Source: a virus
Direction: 5' to 3' (one strand)
DNA length: 64,000 bases
Virus record (IMG/VR): IMGVR_UViG_3300045836_000088
Span: 1 to 64,000 of that record
Position numbers and translations under genes: made by a program. The notes under the pieces were generated by a model that did no database searches, was not told the DNA's origin, and worked only from the letters and a program-made list of their open reading frames with translations. Positions 40,197 to 49,249 of the stretch are shown here, one piece after another. Numbering within the stretch: position 1 is the first letter of the stretch; the number at the start of each line of letters is the position of its first letter.

Positions 40197-40587
40197 TTTT
40201 CTTCTTGAAATTTTCGCTTGCCTCCTCAAATGGGTTGCGGTGCTCTTTGATTTCAGTCTTGGTGGTTACAGTAGTTTCTTTAACTGTAGTTTCGGTATTT
40301 GATATGCCTTTGGTAGTTCTTTCAATATTTAACAGCTTGTCACTCTTATCAAAAAGCACCATTACGCGGGTGAATATAGTATCGTTTTTGTCTGACTTGA
40401 TATAGTTAAGGTTTTTACCGTTCTCCCCGGCTTTACCAGTCCTGATCTTGATTAAATCTTGAGCATAGCCATCGCTAATTAGATTAAGCTCTACAAGTAG
40501 ACTACTGGCACCATTCAAAGCACCATGTGCCCACTCAATGTATTCCTGCACTTCTTTTGGCAGATTATCTAAGTTTGGTTTCTCCAT
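40180..40587 (-). CDS. putative terminase small subunit
   Basis: Small helical ORF overlapping terL start. Confidence 0.5.
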   Translation of the reverse strand: MEKPNLDNLPKEVQEYIEWAHGALNGASSLLVELNLISDGYAQDLIKIRTGKAGENGKNLNYIKSDKNDTIFTRVMVLFDKSDKLLNIERTTKGISNTETTVKETTVTTKTEIKEHRNPFEEASENFKKKNAAKA

Positions 40588-41323
40588 ACTTTAACTTTTC
40601 TTTAATCACTCCTTTAGCCTTAAACTCTTTTTTGTAAGCGTCATATAATTGCTGGCCTTTTACACTCATCGTATAGTAGACGTAAACACCTTTTTTAAAC
40701 CGCTCCACATATCCATCTTTAAGCAATAGTTTCAGCCCTCTATCTGCTCTGAACCTTGTTATCCCCCAATCAGCGCCATTATCAGCCCTAAACATTTGAT
40801 AATGGCGCATAATCAACAAGACCTCTACACATATCTGCTCCAATCCGTACTTTTCAGTTATACTCTGTAAAACATAGAAAGAGCTTATACCTGCCGCTAT
40901 AGATACATCTGCCGACCTTACACTCCTTACCTGTTTCTTGTATATCTGTTCCGCTATAACTTTAGCCTGAGAATAGATAGTGCTTTTATACTTCCGCTTT
41001 TCGATAGTTAGCTTTTTCTTTTCCTCGACTAACTTTTTGGCATAATTGCGCCGTATTTCTCGTACAAGCGCATTTGCCTGCGGTTCAAGCTTATGGATTC
41101 GGCGTTTGAAAAACCTCACATAAGCCTGTTGATTTTCTATTTTACGCCACAGTTCCGGGATAATTACCGCTTTGATATACTTTACTGACTTACCTTGTGT
41201 AATCAGACGTTTTTCACGCGGCTTTCTGATTTTATTGAAGTCTGCCTTTTCTTTCGGTGATTCAGAAATATCTACAGCAATAAAACCGCTTTTTTTTATC
41301 CAAAAACCTTTTTTGCGTGGCAT
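40565..41323 (-). CDS. basic protein with C-terminal winged-HTH (MarR-like)
   Basis: GLKLLLKDGYVERF...YYTMSVKGQQLY. Confidence 0.6.
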   Translation of the reverse strand: MPRKKGFWIKKSGFIAVDISESPKEKADFNKIRKPREKRLITQGKSVKYIKAVIIPELWRKIENQQAYVRFFKRRIHKLEPQANALVREIRRNYAKKLVEEKKKLTIEKRKYKSTIYSQAKVIAEQIYKKQVRSVRSADVSIAAGISSFYVLQSITEKYGLEQICVEVLLIMRHYQMFRADNGADWGITRFRADRGLKLLLKDGYVERFKKGVYVYYTMSVKGQQLYDAYKKEFKAKGVIKEKLKYGETKLR

Positions 41324-41325
41324 AA

Positions 41326-41925
41326 TCAGGAAGCTTTGTCTAAAATTTTACCTACAATCTCATGTTCCATGATCTTCACATATTCCTTATCCTGATATTT
41401 GATTGTATAGTTATTCTTATCAATGCTTAAAACAGTATCACCAACATCAAACACGTTATTTTCAGGCACAACAACTATTTTAAGACGTAGATTATCTTTC
41501 TTGCCGCCTTGAATGATGATACCACCATCAGTTACTTTCTCCTGTTCAAATACAGGTTCGGCTAGATATAAGTCTTTTACTGGCTTAATTTTCCCGTCTT
41601 GCTCAATGGTAAAGAATACGAAATAGGCATCTATCCAATAGCCATCGTCATGCTTTTCTGCTGTCTCATAGGCCATGTAATGCACAAATAATCTATCACC
41701 AACCTTGTATGGGTATTTACTATTGGCATGGATTACAGTACATATTTGGGGGTCTGTTTCAAGCTTATTATGGTTCTCGTCAAACTTTGTGTGAGTTTCA
41801 GCGTCACCATGCGAGTATAGCCACATATCAGGTCTGATAATGTCTATTCCATTAAATCCTTTGCCAACTACTTTATTATGTGATGTATCAAACTGTACTA
41901 CTAATTGTCCGTTAATGCAATTCAT
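41326..41925 (-). CDS. GroES/Cpn10-like protein
   Basis: EKVTDGGIII...VGDTVL...YQDKEYVKIMEHEIVGKI; second KVGDRLF unit. Confidence 0.65.
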   Translation of the reverse strand: MNCINGQLVVQFDTSHNKVVGKGFNGIDIIRPDMWLYSHGDAETHTKFDENHNKLETDPQICTVIHANSKYPYKVGDRLFVHYMAYETAEKHDDGYWIDAYFVFFTIEQDGKIKPVKDLYLAEPVFEQEKVTDGGIIIQGGKKDNLRLKIVVVPENNVFDVGDTVLSIDKNNYTIKYQDKEYVKIMEHEIVGKILDKAS

Positions 41926-41946
41926 ATAATTTCGCTCTGTCTATAC

Positions 41947-41990
41947 CAAAATTACCCCTTAAAAACACGTGATTTTGAGCACTACATTTG
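41947..41990. promoter_or_regulatory. overlapping divergent promoters of the late motif class
   Basis: Minus GCTCAAAA-N18-TAATTTTG; plus CCTTAAAA-N18-TACATTTG. Confidence 0.6.
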
Positions 41991-42023
41991 GTGTAGATTA
42001 ATCACTTTAAAAAGTAAAAAGTC

Positions 42024-42254
42024 ATGGCGAATTTTATTCAGGTTACAGTTTATCAGGATTTAGACGGAAATGCAGTAGCGGGTGTTGCCCGTCAGCTTGC
42101 AGTTAAAAATTGCTTTCAGTTTATTCCTGACACCAGTGTTGCAAATGCTAACACGCGTATTGAGGTTCTTTACAACAAAGACAATGCGTTAAAGTCAGGA
42201 AGGTTGTATGTATCAGAAGCGGCAACTGCATTGACTACTGCCGCAAACACCTAA
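42024..42254 (+). CDS. small hypothetical protein, possibly virion-associated
   Basis: Own promoter and terminator. Confidence 0.7.
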   Translation: MANFIQVTVYQDLDGNAVAGVARQLAVKNCFQFIPDTSVANANTRIEVLYNKDNALKSGRLYVSEAATALTTAANT

Positions 42255-42297
42255 ATTGGTTTTTTAATAGGTTGATTTATGTTTAATTAGGGGAAAG

Positions 42298-42362
42298 GCC
42301 GCTGTAAAAAGCGGCTTTTTTGTTGTAATAAAAAAGCACGTGCCAATCGGTTACGTGCTTTT
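42298..42362. terminator. two terminators between convergent genes
   Basis: GCCGCT/AGCGGC+T6; AAAAAGCACGT/ACGTGCTTTT. Confidence 0.65.
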
Positions 42363-42389
42363 AATATATAATGGAGAGTTTGAGTGCTA

Positions 42390-42683
42390 TTAAATAGTTG
42401 GGAATCCAGCTTTGCCGATATAAACCCAAAGACTTTGCGGCGCAACTACGCTTCCTGCTTCAACGCCTTGATCTTTAAGTTCAGGGTGGTTTTCAATATC
42501 GCTTTCAGTGATAACATACACTTCTGCTGTAGCTGCTTTTTCTTTTGATACCGAAGCTTCGTTATGAACTACTGGTTCGTTTAATGGTGCTTGTTCTGGT
42601 TGTTGTGTCTCGATTGCTGCCTGAGTTTCAACAACTGGGGGTGTGCTTTCTGGAGCTTGTGTTCCTTGTTCTGTATTTTCCAT
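42390..42683 (-). CDS. acidic low-complexity hypothetical protein
   Basis: 97 aa ORF. Confidence 0.65.
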   Translation of the reverse strand: MENTEQGTQAPESTPPVVETQAAIETQQPEQAPLNEPVVHNEASVSKEKAATAEVYVITESDIENHPELKDQGVEAGSVVAPQSLWVYIGKAGFPTI

Positions 42684-42777
42684 AATTACTACTTGATTTT
42701 TTTATAAAAGTAGATAATAAAAAACCCCGCTTTTGGCAGGGCTTCATTGTTAGAAATATATGATAGAGATGAATAAT

Positions 42778-42948
42778 TTAAGTGTTTTTGGGTGCTGAAT
42801 TGATGCCATGTTCAAGTTTTTCAATCTCTTGATTCTTATACATTATCATAAGCATAATCACATCTTCATTTCGAAACACACCATCATTATATTGCCATTC
42901 TTTGGCTTTTTGATCTAAATACCAATTTATCATTTCTTGTGGTTTCAT
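42778..42948 (-). CDS. small hypothetical protein (56 aa, not in ORF track)
   Basis: Manual translation MKPQEMINWYLDQKAKEW...; leader carries AACCGCTAAAAACC motif. Confidence 0.55.
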   Translation of the reverse strand: MKPQEMINWYLDQKAKEWQYNDGVFRNEDVIMLMIMYKNQEIEKLEHGINSAPKNT

Positions 42949-42975
42949 GTTTTTTTGGTTTTTAGCGGTTATAAT

Positions 42976-43782
42976 TTAATTAAGAGCATTATTTACTACC
43001 ATTTCATCACTCGCCTCATCACCCCATGCAGTAACGATCAAATATCCACTTACACCGTTATCATGGACTATTGGGTATAATACTACAGGGTCAGGAATCT
43101 CTTTTATTAACTTATGCCCCTCTTGCTTATAGCCTTTCATATCCATATCTTTAATTGGGGCGCATATGAACAATTTTGGAGTTCCTTCTATACAATAATA
43201 AGAATTACCTATACCATTACCTCTCAGATCGTTTTTAAGTTGAATATAACTTTCATAATGTTCTTTCGTAATTAACTTTCGGTCACCAAATCCGAAACTC
43301 ACATAATAACAACTTTTAAGATCAGGATGAGAATTATAAAACTGCTCTATTTGAGTTAAGTTTTTAGCTGGAACAAAGCCCTTATATTGGCTTACTTCAC
43401 CAAGCACTAGGTTGTATTTTTCACAAATCTTTTTTGCTATTTCTTCAGAAACGAACTTATAATTTGGATATAGTATTTTATAATCACTTACTACTTGACT
43501 TATATTTTTTTGTTCTTCAGTGGCTTTTTTAAATTCATTTAGGCTTACCACTTCTTTCGTCGATGTAAACCCAAATTCATTCAGCTTATTTGCCTTTTCT
43601 TGATTTGATAAGGTTATACTAGATAGTATATTATTAGCTGATGCAAGTAATTTATCACCAGCAGTCATAAATTCGTTATGAATTTCCTGAACTTCTTTAG
43701 GGTATGTATTTGATACAACTTCCATTGCATCAGTTTCTAACTCTGATTTGGCTTCTGATTTTAAAAAATTAAAAATTTTCAT
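42976..43782 (-). CDS. conserved hypothetical phage protein
   Basis: 268 aa; PDPVVL...YLIVTAWGDEASD. Confidence 0.75.
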   Translation of the reverse strand: MKIFNFLKSEAKSELETDAMEVVSNTYPKEVQEIHNEFMTAGDKLLASANNILSSITLSNQEKANKLNEFGFTSTKEVVSLNEFKKATEEQKNISQVVSDYKILYPNYKFVSEEIAKKICEKYNLVLGEVSQYKGFVPAKNLTQIEQFYNSHPDLKSCYYVSFGFGDRKLITKEHYESYIQLKNDLRGNGIGNSYYCIEGTPKLFICAPIKDMDMKGYKQEGHKLIKEIPDPVVLYPIVHDNGVSGYLIVTAWGDEASDEMVVNNALN

Positions 43783-43810
43783 GTGTTTAGTTTTTTTGAC
43801 GGTTATTTAA

Positions 43811-44509
43811 TTATTGCGCTACTGCTACTGGCTCTCCCCATAAAGATAGTTGGCTATCATCATTCTTTGCTGACTTCTTGCGCCTAATATGAACTACTTT
43901 GCATTCTTCCTGTTCTTCAATAGCTTTTACTAAGCTTAAAGTATCATCTGAGAAATAAATATTGGCACTGATTACATTTCCTTGCTCATCTGTATTCTTG
44001 GATGATGTTATTTTAAATTGTCGCTCAGTATCGTACTTGTCTGTTGTATTTACTTCCAGTTCGCCAAACTTATCATTGCTGAAAACAATCTCGTCTAAAT
44101 TTTCGTGATCTATCAGCATCGCAATGTTCATCTTATTGATAAGCTCGTTTGGATGATAGCCAAAACGAGTTGCGGCTTCGTAATTGCAATCTTTGATTAA
44201 TCCTAACGGAGATATTGTAATGGTAGGCTTTTGTTGTTTACCCAACTTATAAGTGATGTTATTTGGTAAATCAAAGTTGACAATCATCTTTTTGATGTCA
44301 GACATGTTAGCTTTACGTTTAATGGCTTTTGCTGCCTCATTACCTACATTACGTAGTGTAACTTCAAGCATGTGAGCATACATCGAATAGAGGATGATTG
44401 TTAAATCTTTTGCTTCCTCTTTGTTGTCTACTGACATATATTCTATCACCGCTGCTTTGAACTCAGGGTGAATTAGCGCATCTAAAATGGTTCTCCTAAT
44501 AGTTCTCAT
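43811..44509 (-). CDS. PAS-domain protein
   Basis: ITISPLGLIKDCNYEAATRFGYHPNELINKMNIAMLI...DEQGNVISANIYFSD matches PAS consensus. Confidence 0.65.
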   Translation of the reverse strand: MRTIRRTILDALIHPEFKAAVIEYMSVDNKEEAKDLTIILYSMYAHMLEVTLRNVGNEAAKAIKRKANMSDIKKMIVNFDLPNNITYKLGKQQKPTITISPLGLIKDCNYEAATRFGYHPNELINKMNIAMLIDHENLDEIVFSNDKFGELEVNTTDKYDTERQFKITSSKNTDEQGNVISANIYFSDDTLSLVKAIEEQEECKVVHIRRKKSAKNDDSQLSLWGEPVAVAQ

Positions 44510-44602
44510 CGTTTTTGGGTGTTAAGTTGTTTTTGTTAGTATAAATTTAGGGATAAGTATTTGGTATTTAGGCTATTGTTCAAAAATAGGAGATTTCAAC
44601 AG

Positions 44603-44959
44603 TTAGCTATGAATACCATGTGCAAGCCTGCCTTCGCTAACATTCCTTTCCAATAACCACTTCTCAATCTTATCAGCATTCTGCAAGAGTTCTTGGCATG
44701 TTTGGTTAGGAAGTTTACCGGCCTGATCTAACGCTATCAGTCGGTAATCAACTTTTAGTTTATTAATAGGTGGCAAAAAAGCTAACTCATCTAATAGTAT
44801 ATGTTTATCTTTCCTACCATCATAGCTTTTCTCAGATTGTTGAGATAAAGAATCTATTGAGCTTCTTTGGTAATTATTTGCTTGTAAATTATCTTCTGCT
44901 TTCATTTTTTTTAAAATTTTATCTTGTTTAAATATTAACCATAAAGTGCCCAATGCCAT
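44603..44959 (-). CDS. hypothetical protein with N-terminal hydrophobic patch
   Basis: 118 aa, operon packing. Confidence 0.6.
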   Translation of the reverse strand: MALGTLWLIFKQDKILKKMKAEDNLQANNYQRSSIDSLSQQSEKSYDGRKDKHILLDELAFLPPINKLKVDYRLIALDQAGKLPNQTCQELLQNADKIEKWLLERNVSEGRLAHGIHS

Positions 44960-44961
44960 AA

Positions 44962-45336
44962 TCAGATAATTTTTAAGTCGTTTTCAATTTCTGCTATTTG
45001 TTGTTTAAAATCCTTGTCGGAGTAAATTAGGTCTTCAACTGTTTGAATACCGTAGATCACTGTTGAATGGTTCTTTCCTCCTAATTTCTCACCTATTGCT
45101 GCCAAGCTCATTTTAGTATACTTATCAAGAAAGTACATTGCTATTTGCCTTGCTTTTACTATCTCACGCTTGTTTGTTTTTTCTGATATTTTAAGCGGAC
45201 TTATCTTGTAATAGTTGCATACTACGTATACTATCCAATTGGCATTTTGCAATTTAAAGTCGTGTTGAATGGTATCATGTAACCCTACAAAAATTTCAGG
45301 GCTTATCATTTCTTTTACTGGTGCTTGTGCTATCAT
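44962..45336 (-). CDS. DnaA C-terminal (domain IV) HTH protein
   Basis: VKARQIAMYF...SLAAIGEKLGGKNHSTVIYG. Confidence 0.88.
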   Translation of the reverse strand: MIAQAPVKEMISPEIFVGLHDTIQHDFKLQNANWIVYVVCNYYKISPLKISEKTNKREIVKARQIAMYFLDKYTKMSLAAIGEKLGGKNHSTVIYGIQTVEDLIYSDKDFKQQIAEIENDLKII

Positions 45337-45662
45337 TTTGAATTTCTTATGGCAATCAACTTGCCGTTAACATATAGTTCCTGATATTTCTCTGATCTGT
45401 AGCCTACCGTACTTAGGTTTTTAATTTGTCCTTTCTTTGTTTCTTCTGCCCAAGCAAAGAAGCAGGGAGCTATAAAACCTAATTTTTTAACGTAACGGTA
45501 GTCATTGGTAAATTCATAGTCGTAGTTTCCTTCATCTATAAACTCCTTTACTGTTTTTATAAATCGTTCTCTTAATTCTTCTTTTTCGATTAAGTGCGTA
45601 TCTAAAAGCTGGCCGGGAGTTAGTTTATGAAGTTGGGCATAGACCTTTTCTTTAAAGGTCAT
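45333..45662 (-). CDS. hypothetical protein
   Basis: ATGA overlap coupling. Confidence 0.65.
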   Translation of the reverse strand: MTFKEKVYAQLHKLTPGQLLDTHLIEKEELRERFIKTVKEFIDEGNYDYEFTNDYRYVKKLGFIAPCFFAWAEETKKGQIKNLSTVGYRSEKYQELYVNGKLIAIRNSK

Positions 45663-46522
45663 GTGGTAAGTGATTTTAGCAATTCTTTAGCTATTGCTCG
45701 TACGACTGGTTCACTAACGCCATTGCCACATAGTTTATAACGCCGGCCATCGCTTAACTCCTTTACTAGTCCATTGAATTTTCCATACTTTGTCCAGTTG
45801 TCCGGCAATCCCTGTAAGCGTTCGCATTCTATAGGGGTGCACTCTCTTATTCTTCCATCTGTGGTTACTATGAATGTCCCGTTCCAATTCGAGTACTGTC
45901 TTGCCCTTTGTGTAAGTGCAACATTGTAAGTTTCTTTCTCAATCTCTCCGAATCCGATACAAACTCCGACTTCTTCTCCGAAAGGAAATACTTGTCTGCT
46001 ACCTGATCCTCTAAGATGTCCGACAAAGTATAACCGCTCTCTATTTTGGGGTAGAAACCAGCGTGTATTAAAAAGCTGCATTTCAATGTCGTATTGTGGA
46101 CAACTTTCATTAAGGTAGGCGAGTACTTCAAGGCTTTCAATGATGTCAATTCCTTCATTGACAGAGAGCAGCCCGTGTACGTTTTCAGCAACGAAATTCC
46201 GAGGTTTAAATTTGTTGATGATTTTAACTGCCTCGTACAATAAGCCGCTTCGTGTACCTTCTCGTTGTCCTTTGCGCTTTCCAGCAATGCTGTTATCCTG
46301 GCAAGGCCATCCGAAAGTAAAGAGGTCAAGTTCTTTGATAATTCCGGTAGAGCAAATAGTGTCGATTGATCCTGCATAAATTGAGTTTGGGAAATTGTAA
46401 CTGTAGTTAGCTATTGCATACTTATCTATTTCTGAGAAATAACAGGTATCAAACTTCCATCCTGCGTTCTCAAAGCCTAAATGGAATCCTCCGTAACCTG
46501 AAAATCCGTCTAAGTAATTCAT
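45659..46522 (-). CDS. DNA cytosine-5 methyltransferase
   Basis: FSGYGG (I), GWPCQ (IV), ENV (VI), QNRER (VIII), ECERLQGLP (IX), GNGV (X). Confidence 0.93.
   Translation of the reverse strand: MNYLDGFSGYGGFHLGFENAGWKFDTCYFSEIDKYAIANYSYNFPNSIYAGSIDTICSTGIIKELDLFTFGWPCQDNSIAGKRKGQREGTRSGLLYEAVKIINKFKPRNFVAENVHGLLSVNEGIDIIESLEVLAYLNESCPQYDIEMQLFNTRWFLPQNRERLYFVGHLRGSGSRQVFPFGEEVGVCIGFGEIEKETYNVALTQRARQYSNWNGTFIVTTDGRIRECTPIECERLQGLPDNWTKYGKFNGLVKELSDGRRYKLCGNGVSEPVVRAIAKELLKSLTT
45868..46377 (-). CDS. overprinted ORF inside methyltransferase, M.EcoHK31I beta-like subunit candidate
   Basis: ATG start, 169 aa, TLSDILEDQVADKYFLSEK motif typical of C5-MTase variable regions. Confidence 0.55.
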   Translation of the reverse strand: MQDQSTLFALPELSKNLTSLLSDGLARITALLESAKDNEKVHEAAYCTRQLKSSTNLNLGISLLKTYTGCSLSMKELTSLKALKYSPTLMKVVHNTTLKCSFLIHAGFYPKIESGYTLSDILEDQVADKYFLSEKKSEFVSDSERLRKKLTMLHLHKGQDSTRIGTGHS

Positions 46523-46560
46523 ATCTCTGTTAGTATTTAAGTGGTTTTTTGACGGTTTAA

Positions 46561-48489
46561 TTAAAATGGTGGTTCTTGGTCATCTACTTCTCCTAAGTCT
46601 GGAGCAATAATTTTTGAGTTATCATATCCGTAATTGGGTGTTATTTTAAATTCTGTTTGTACTACTCTGCTCGGATCGAATACATTAAATTTAGGCTTAT
46701 AGAACTCACTATTTTCGATAGCTTTTTGCATGTAATCAGTTCCGCTAAAAATGAAACGCCTTGTTCTCCTGTTGAAGTTGAACGTGACTGTTCCCTTTCT
46801 GCCTACTATCTTTTGCCTCCTGATTTTCTTGGAATGAAGCTCACACAAATCACTTGACGGATCTACTTGGTGGTTTGGCCTGTTGTAGATTAAAATATTA
46901 TCCATCTTGTTATTCCACATCGCACCATCAGCTATATCAAACACATCAGGGCAAGGGTAATTCCCATGTGCGTCTTTTTTAGCACCTCCTTTTGGATGCG
47001 CCACAATTGAGAAGAATAGGTTATTTTGCTTTGAAAATCTTGCGCAGTCACTAAGAAATGTCTCAAGGTATTTATCAGTTCTGCCACCTGCGCTGCCATA
47101 ATCGTTAGCCAATTGGTTGAATGGGTCTATCACTACCCCTTTTACTTTTTCTTTGATTATAAGCTCTAAAAATCGCTCTTTAATATACTGAGGTGTTGGG
47201 CTTAAGTCTTTTGGGTAGACATAGAATAAATACTTACTGATAAAGTCGTATGCGTTCTCGTAAGCGTCCTGTGAAGGTTGATTTGGATTATCAGGAGTAC
47301 AATCACATCCCAATAGCGTTTCCGTTAAATTGTGGTAAAAATCAACATCCATTTCCTCAGGGGTGAAAAAAGCGTACTTCTCCCCATACATCAAAATGCG
47401 CATAAGAAGTTTCCAACTCCAGAATGAACTTTTACCATAGTTTCCGTAACCAGATAATAGCGTTATTTCACCTGAATTAAACTTGAAAATTGCATCAAGG
47501 TCAGTAACTCCTACCCCCTTGACTGCCTTATATCCATTCCTGTAAATATCTAATGCACCTTCCTTTACGTCCTCGCCAAAGATTACGTCTTTAGGTTTGA
47601 CGTTTAAGTCAACCATTTCCTGAGTGATCTCAATTTCTTTTCGTAAGGTTTTGTCTACCAGTACATCCTTATCGAATTGAGCCGAACCAAATAGGTTTTT
47701 ATTGGATTTGTAGGCACTTTTAATCGTGGTGGCACATTCATGCTCTGAAAACTTATTTGCGCCTATATCGAAGTTATTTTGGATAAATCCGTAGGTAACT
47801 TCTTCTTCAAGACCAAACCTACAACAAGCGGAAGCTAACTTGAAAATGAAAATATTGCGTTCCCCTGTTACAAAGGCATCACCCTTATTGGTTAGCCATG
47901 TTACAATTTTGTCGAATATTTGAGCCTCGTTAGCTAACGTTTGCTTTACCTCAACCTTTTCAACAACTTTTACTTTGGTGAATACTTTTGCTGACTTGTT
48001 GATGTAAATTTCAGGGTCGTAGCTCTCGTAGCATACACGGCTTTCATTGGAACCGCTTTTATCAGCATCGGTGAACATTTCACATAATGCTTCAAAGTGT
48101 TGCCTGTGTTGTTTACCGTCCGCTATTTTGACAAGCATTTTTACGCCGTTGTTGCGTGGAGAAATCCAGCAAGCGTAAGCGTATTCTGATTCGCACAACT
48201 GTTTTTTCCGGCTTTCAGCGTCAAATATGTTATCGAAGTCAAGTATGATAAATCCGCTGTGCTTGATAAGGAGTTCATCTTTTCGCTCATTGAACTCACC
48301 GGAGAAACATACGCTTGGCAATCCACGCTTCAGGCTGTCTTGCCTTTCCTTGTCCAAGTAGGAACGAATTTCAGTTATGGTGGCTTTACTTGCCCCTTTC
48401 TTGATACGCTCTAAAGCCTTGTCAATTGGGATATGAAAAGCTTGCTTATCGTAAATATTTTTGAATATCGTGCATTTCATAGCTACCAC
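46561..48489 (-). CDS. primase-helicase (VirE/BT4734-like N-terminus, PriCT, SF4-type helicase)
   Basis: LPSVCFSGEF, ILDFD, GERN...FKLA, SGYGNYGKS Walker A, VVIDPFN, IVAHPK. Confidence 0.82.
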   Translation of the reverse strand: MVAMKCTIFKNIYDKQAFHIPIDKALERIKKGASKATITEIRSYLDKERQDSLKRGLPSVCFSGEFNERKDELLIKHSGFIILDFDNIFDAESRKKQLCESEYAYACWISPRNNGVKMLVKIADGKQHRQHFEALCEMFTDADKSGSNESRVCYESYDPEIYINKSAKVFTKVKVVEKVEVKQTLANEAQIFDKIVTWLTNKGDAFVTGERNIFIFKLASACCRFGLEEEVTYGFIQNNFDIGANKFSEHECATTIKSAYKSNKNLFGSAQFDKDVLVDKTLRKEIEITQEMVDLNVKPKDVIFGEDVKEGALDIYRNGYKAVKGVGVTDLDAIFKFNSGEITLLSGYGNYGKSSFWSWKLLMRILMYGEKYAFFTPEEMDVDFYHNLTETLLGCDCTPDNPNQPSQDAYENAYDFISKYLFYVYPKDLSPTPQYIKERFLELIIKEKVKGVVIDPFNQLANDYGSAGGRTDKYLETFLSDCARFSKQNNLFFSIVAHPKGGAKKDAHGNYPCPDVFDIADGAMWNNKMDNILIYNRPNHQVDPSSDLCELHSKKIRRQKIVGRKGTVTFNFNRRTRRFIFSGTDYMQKAIENSEFYKPKFNVFDPSRVVQTEFKITPNYGYDNSKIIAPDLGEVDDQEPPF

Positions 48490-49214
48490 TCGTTGTTTGC
48501 TAAAGGTTGATGTTGGCTTTGTTTATTTTCGAAAAGAGGAACCACCACAACTTCATCATTCCAGCATTCACCGTTAAGCCAAGTCAAAGGATTTTTTCGA
48601 AATTTCAATTCAGGAGTTTTTGCAATGTAGGCGGGCAGCACAGTAAGTATTTTTTCATGCAACTTCTCGTCAATACTTACCCACTTTTTTTCGCACTTGC
48701 GCCTGTCTTCTTTCTTCCCATACATTTCCCAAAAAGTGTCGAAAGACGCAAGTATATGTTTCTTTGTTTCTTTGTTTATTTGTTTATAAGAGTGTCCGCT
48801 TACAAGGGTATCTACCGATCCGCTTACTGATCCATCTACAAGGCCGTCTACCGTTTCTTTACCAGTCCAATTATCGGATAAGTAAGTTAGGCTCTTATCA
48901 AGGCATCCATTAGATAAAATTCTATTATTGATAATGGAAATTACAGTTGGTTTATGTCTGTTATCGGATTTGAATATTATAGATACAAATCCGAACTCAA
49001 CTAATTCGTTTAGTGCCTTCCATACTGTTTTTCTGTTGTTACATCCGCAGGCTGCACAAGCATCATCAGTATTAAAATTGAACTTTTCAGAAAAGCCTTT
49101 ACGGTTATTAATTTCTATCAACCACATATACAAGCATCCCTGCATGGGGGTTACTTTTTCAGGGTTTTCAAAAGCAAAGTCAAACCACTGTCTTGATAAT
49201 AGATATCCATTCAT
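48483..49214 (-). CDS. phage replication initiator (lambda O/DnaD-like)
   Basis: N-terminal wHTH (ALNELVEFGFV), linker repeats, FDTFWEMYGKK...PLTWLNGECWNDE C-terminus; upstream of helicase. Confidence 0.75.
   Translation of the reverse strand: MNGYLLSRQWFDFAFENPEKVTPMQGCLYMWLIEINNRKGFSEKFNFNTDDACAACGCNNRKTVWKALNELVEFGFVSIIFKSDNRHKPTVISIINNRILSNGCLDKSLTYLSDNWTGKETVDGLVDGSVSGSVDTLVSGHSYKQINKETKKHILASFDTFWEMYGKKEDRRKCEKKWVSIDEKLHEKILTVLPAYIAKTPELKFRKNPLTWLNGECWNDEVVVVPLFENKQSQHQPLANNEW
48757..48853. repeat. putative replication origin: five degenerate 12-bp iterons plus T-rich 8-bp repeats
   Basis: gtccgcttacaa/gggtatctaccg/atccgcttactg/atccatctacaa/ggccgtctaccg at 48794-48853; TGTTTCTT-type repeats adjacent. 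Confidence 0.5.
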
Positions 49215-49249
49215 ACTTACGTTTTGTAAAAGCGTTAAAGACAAAAAAA

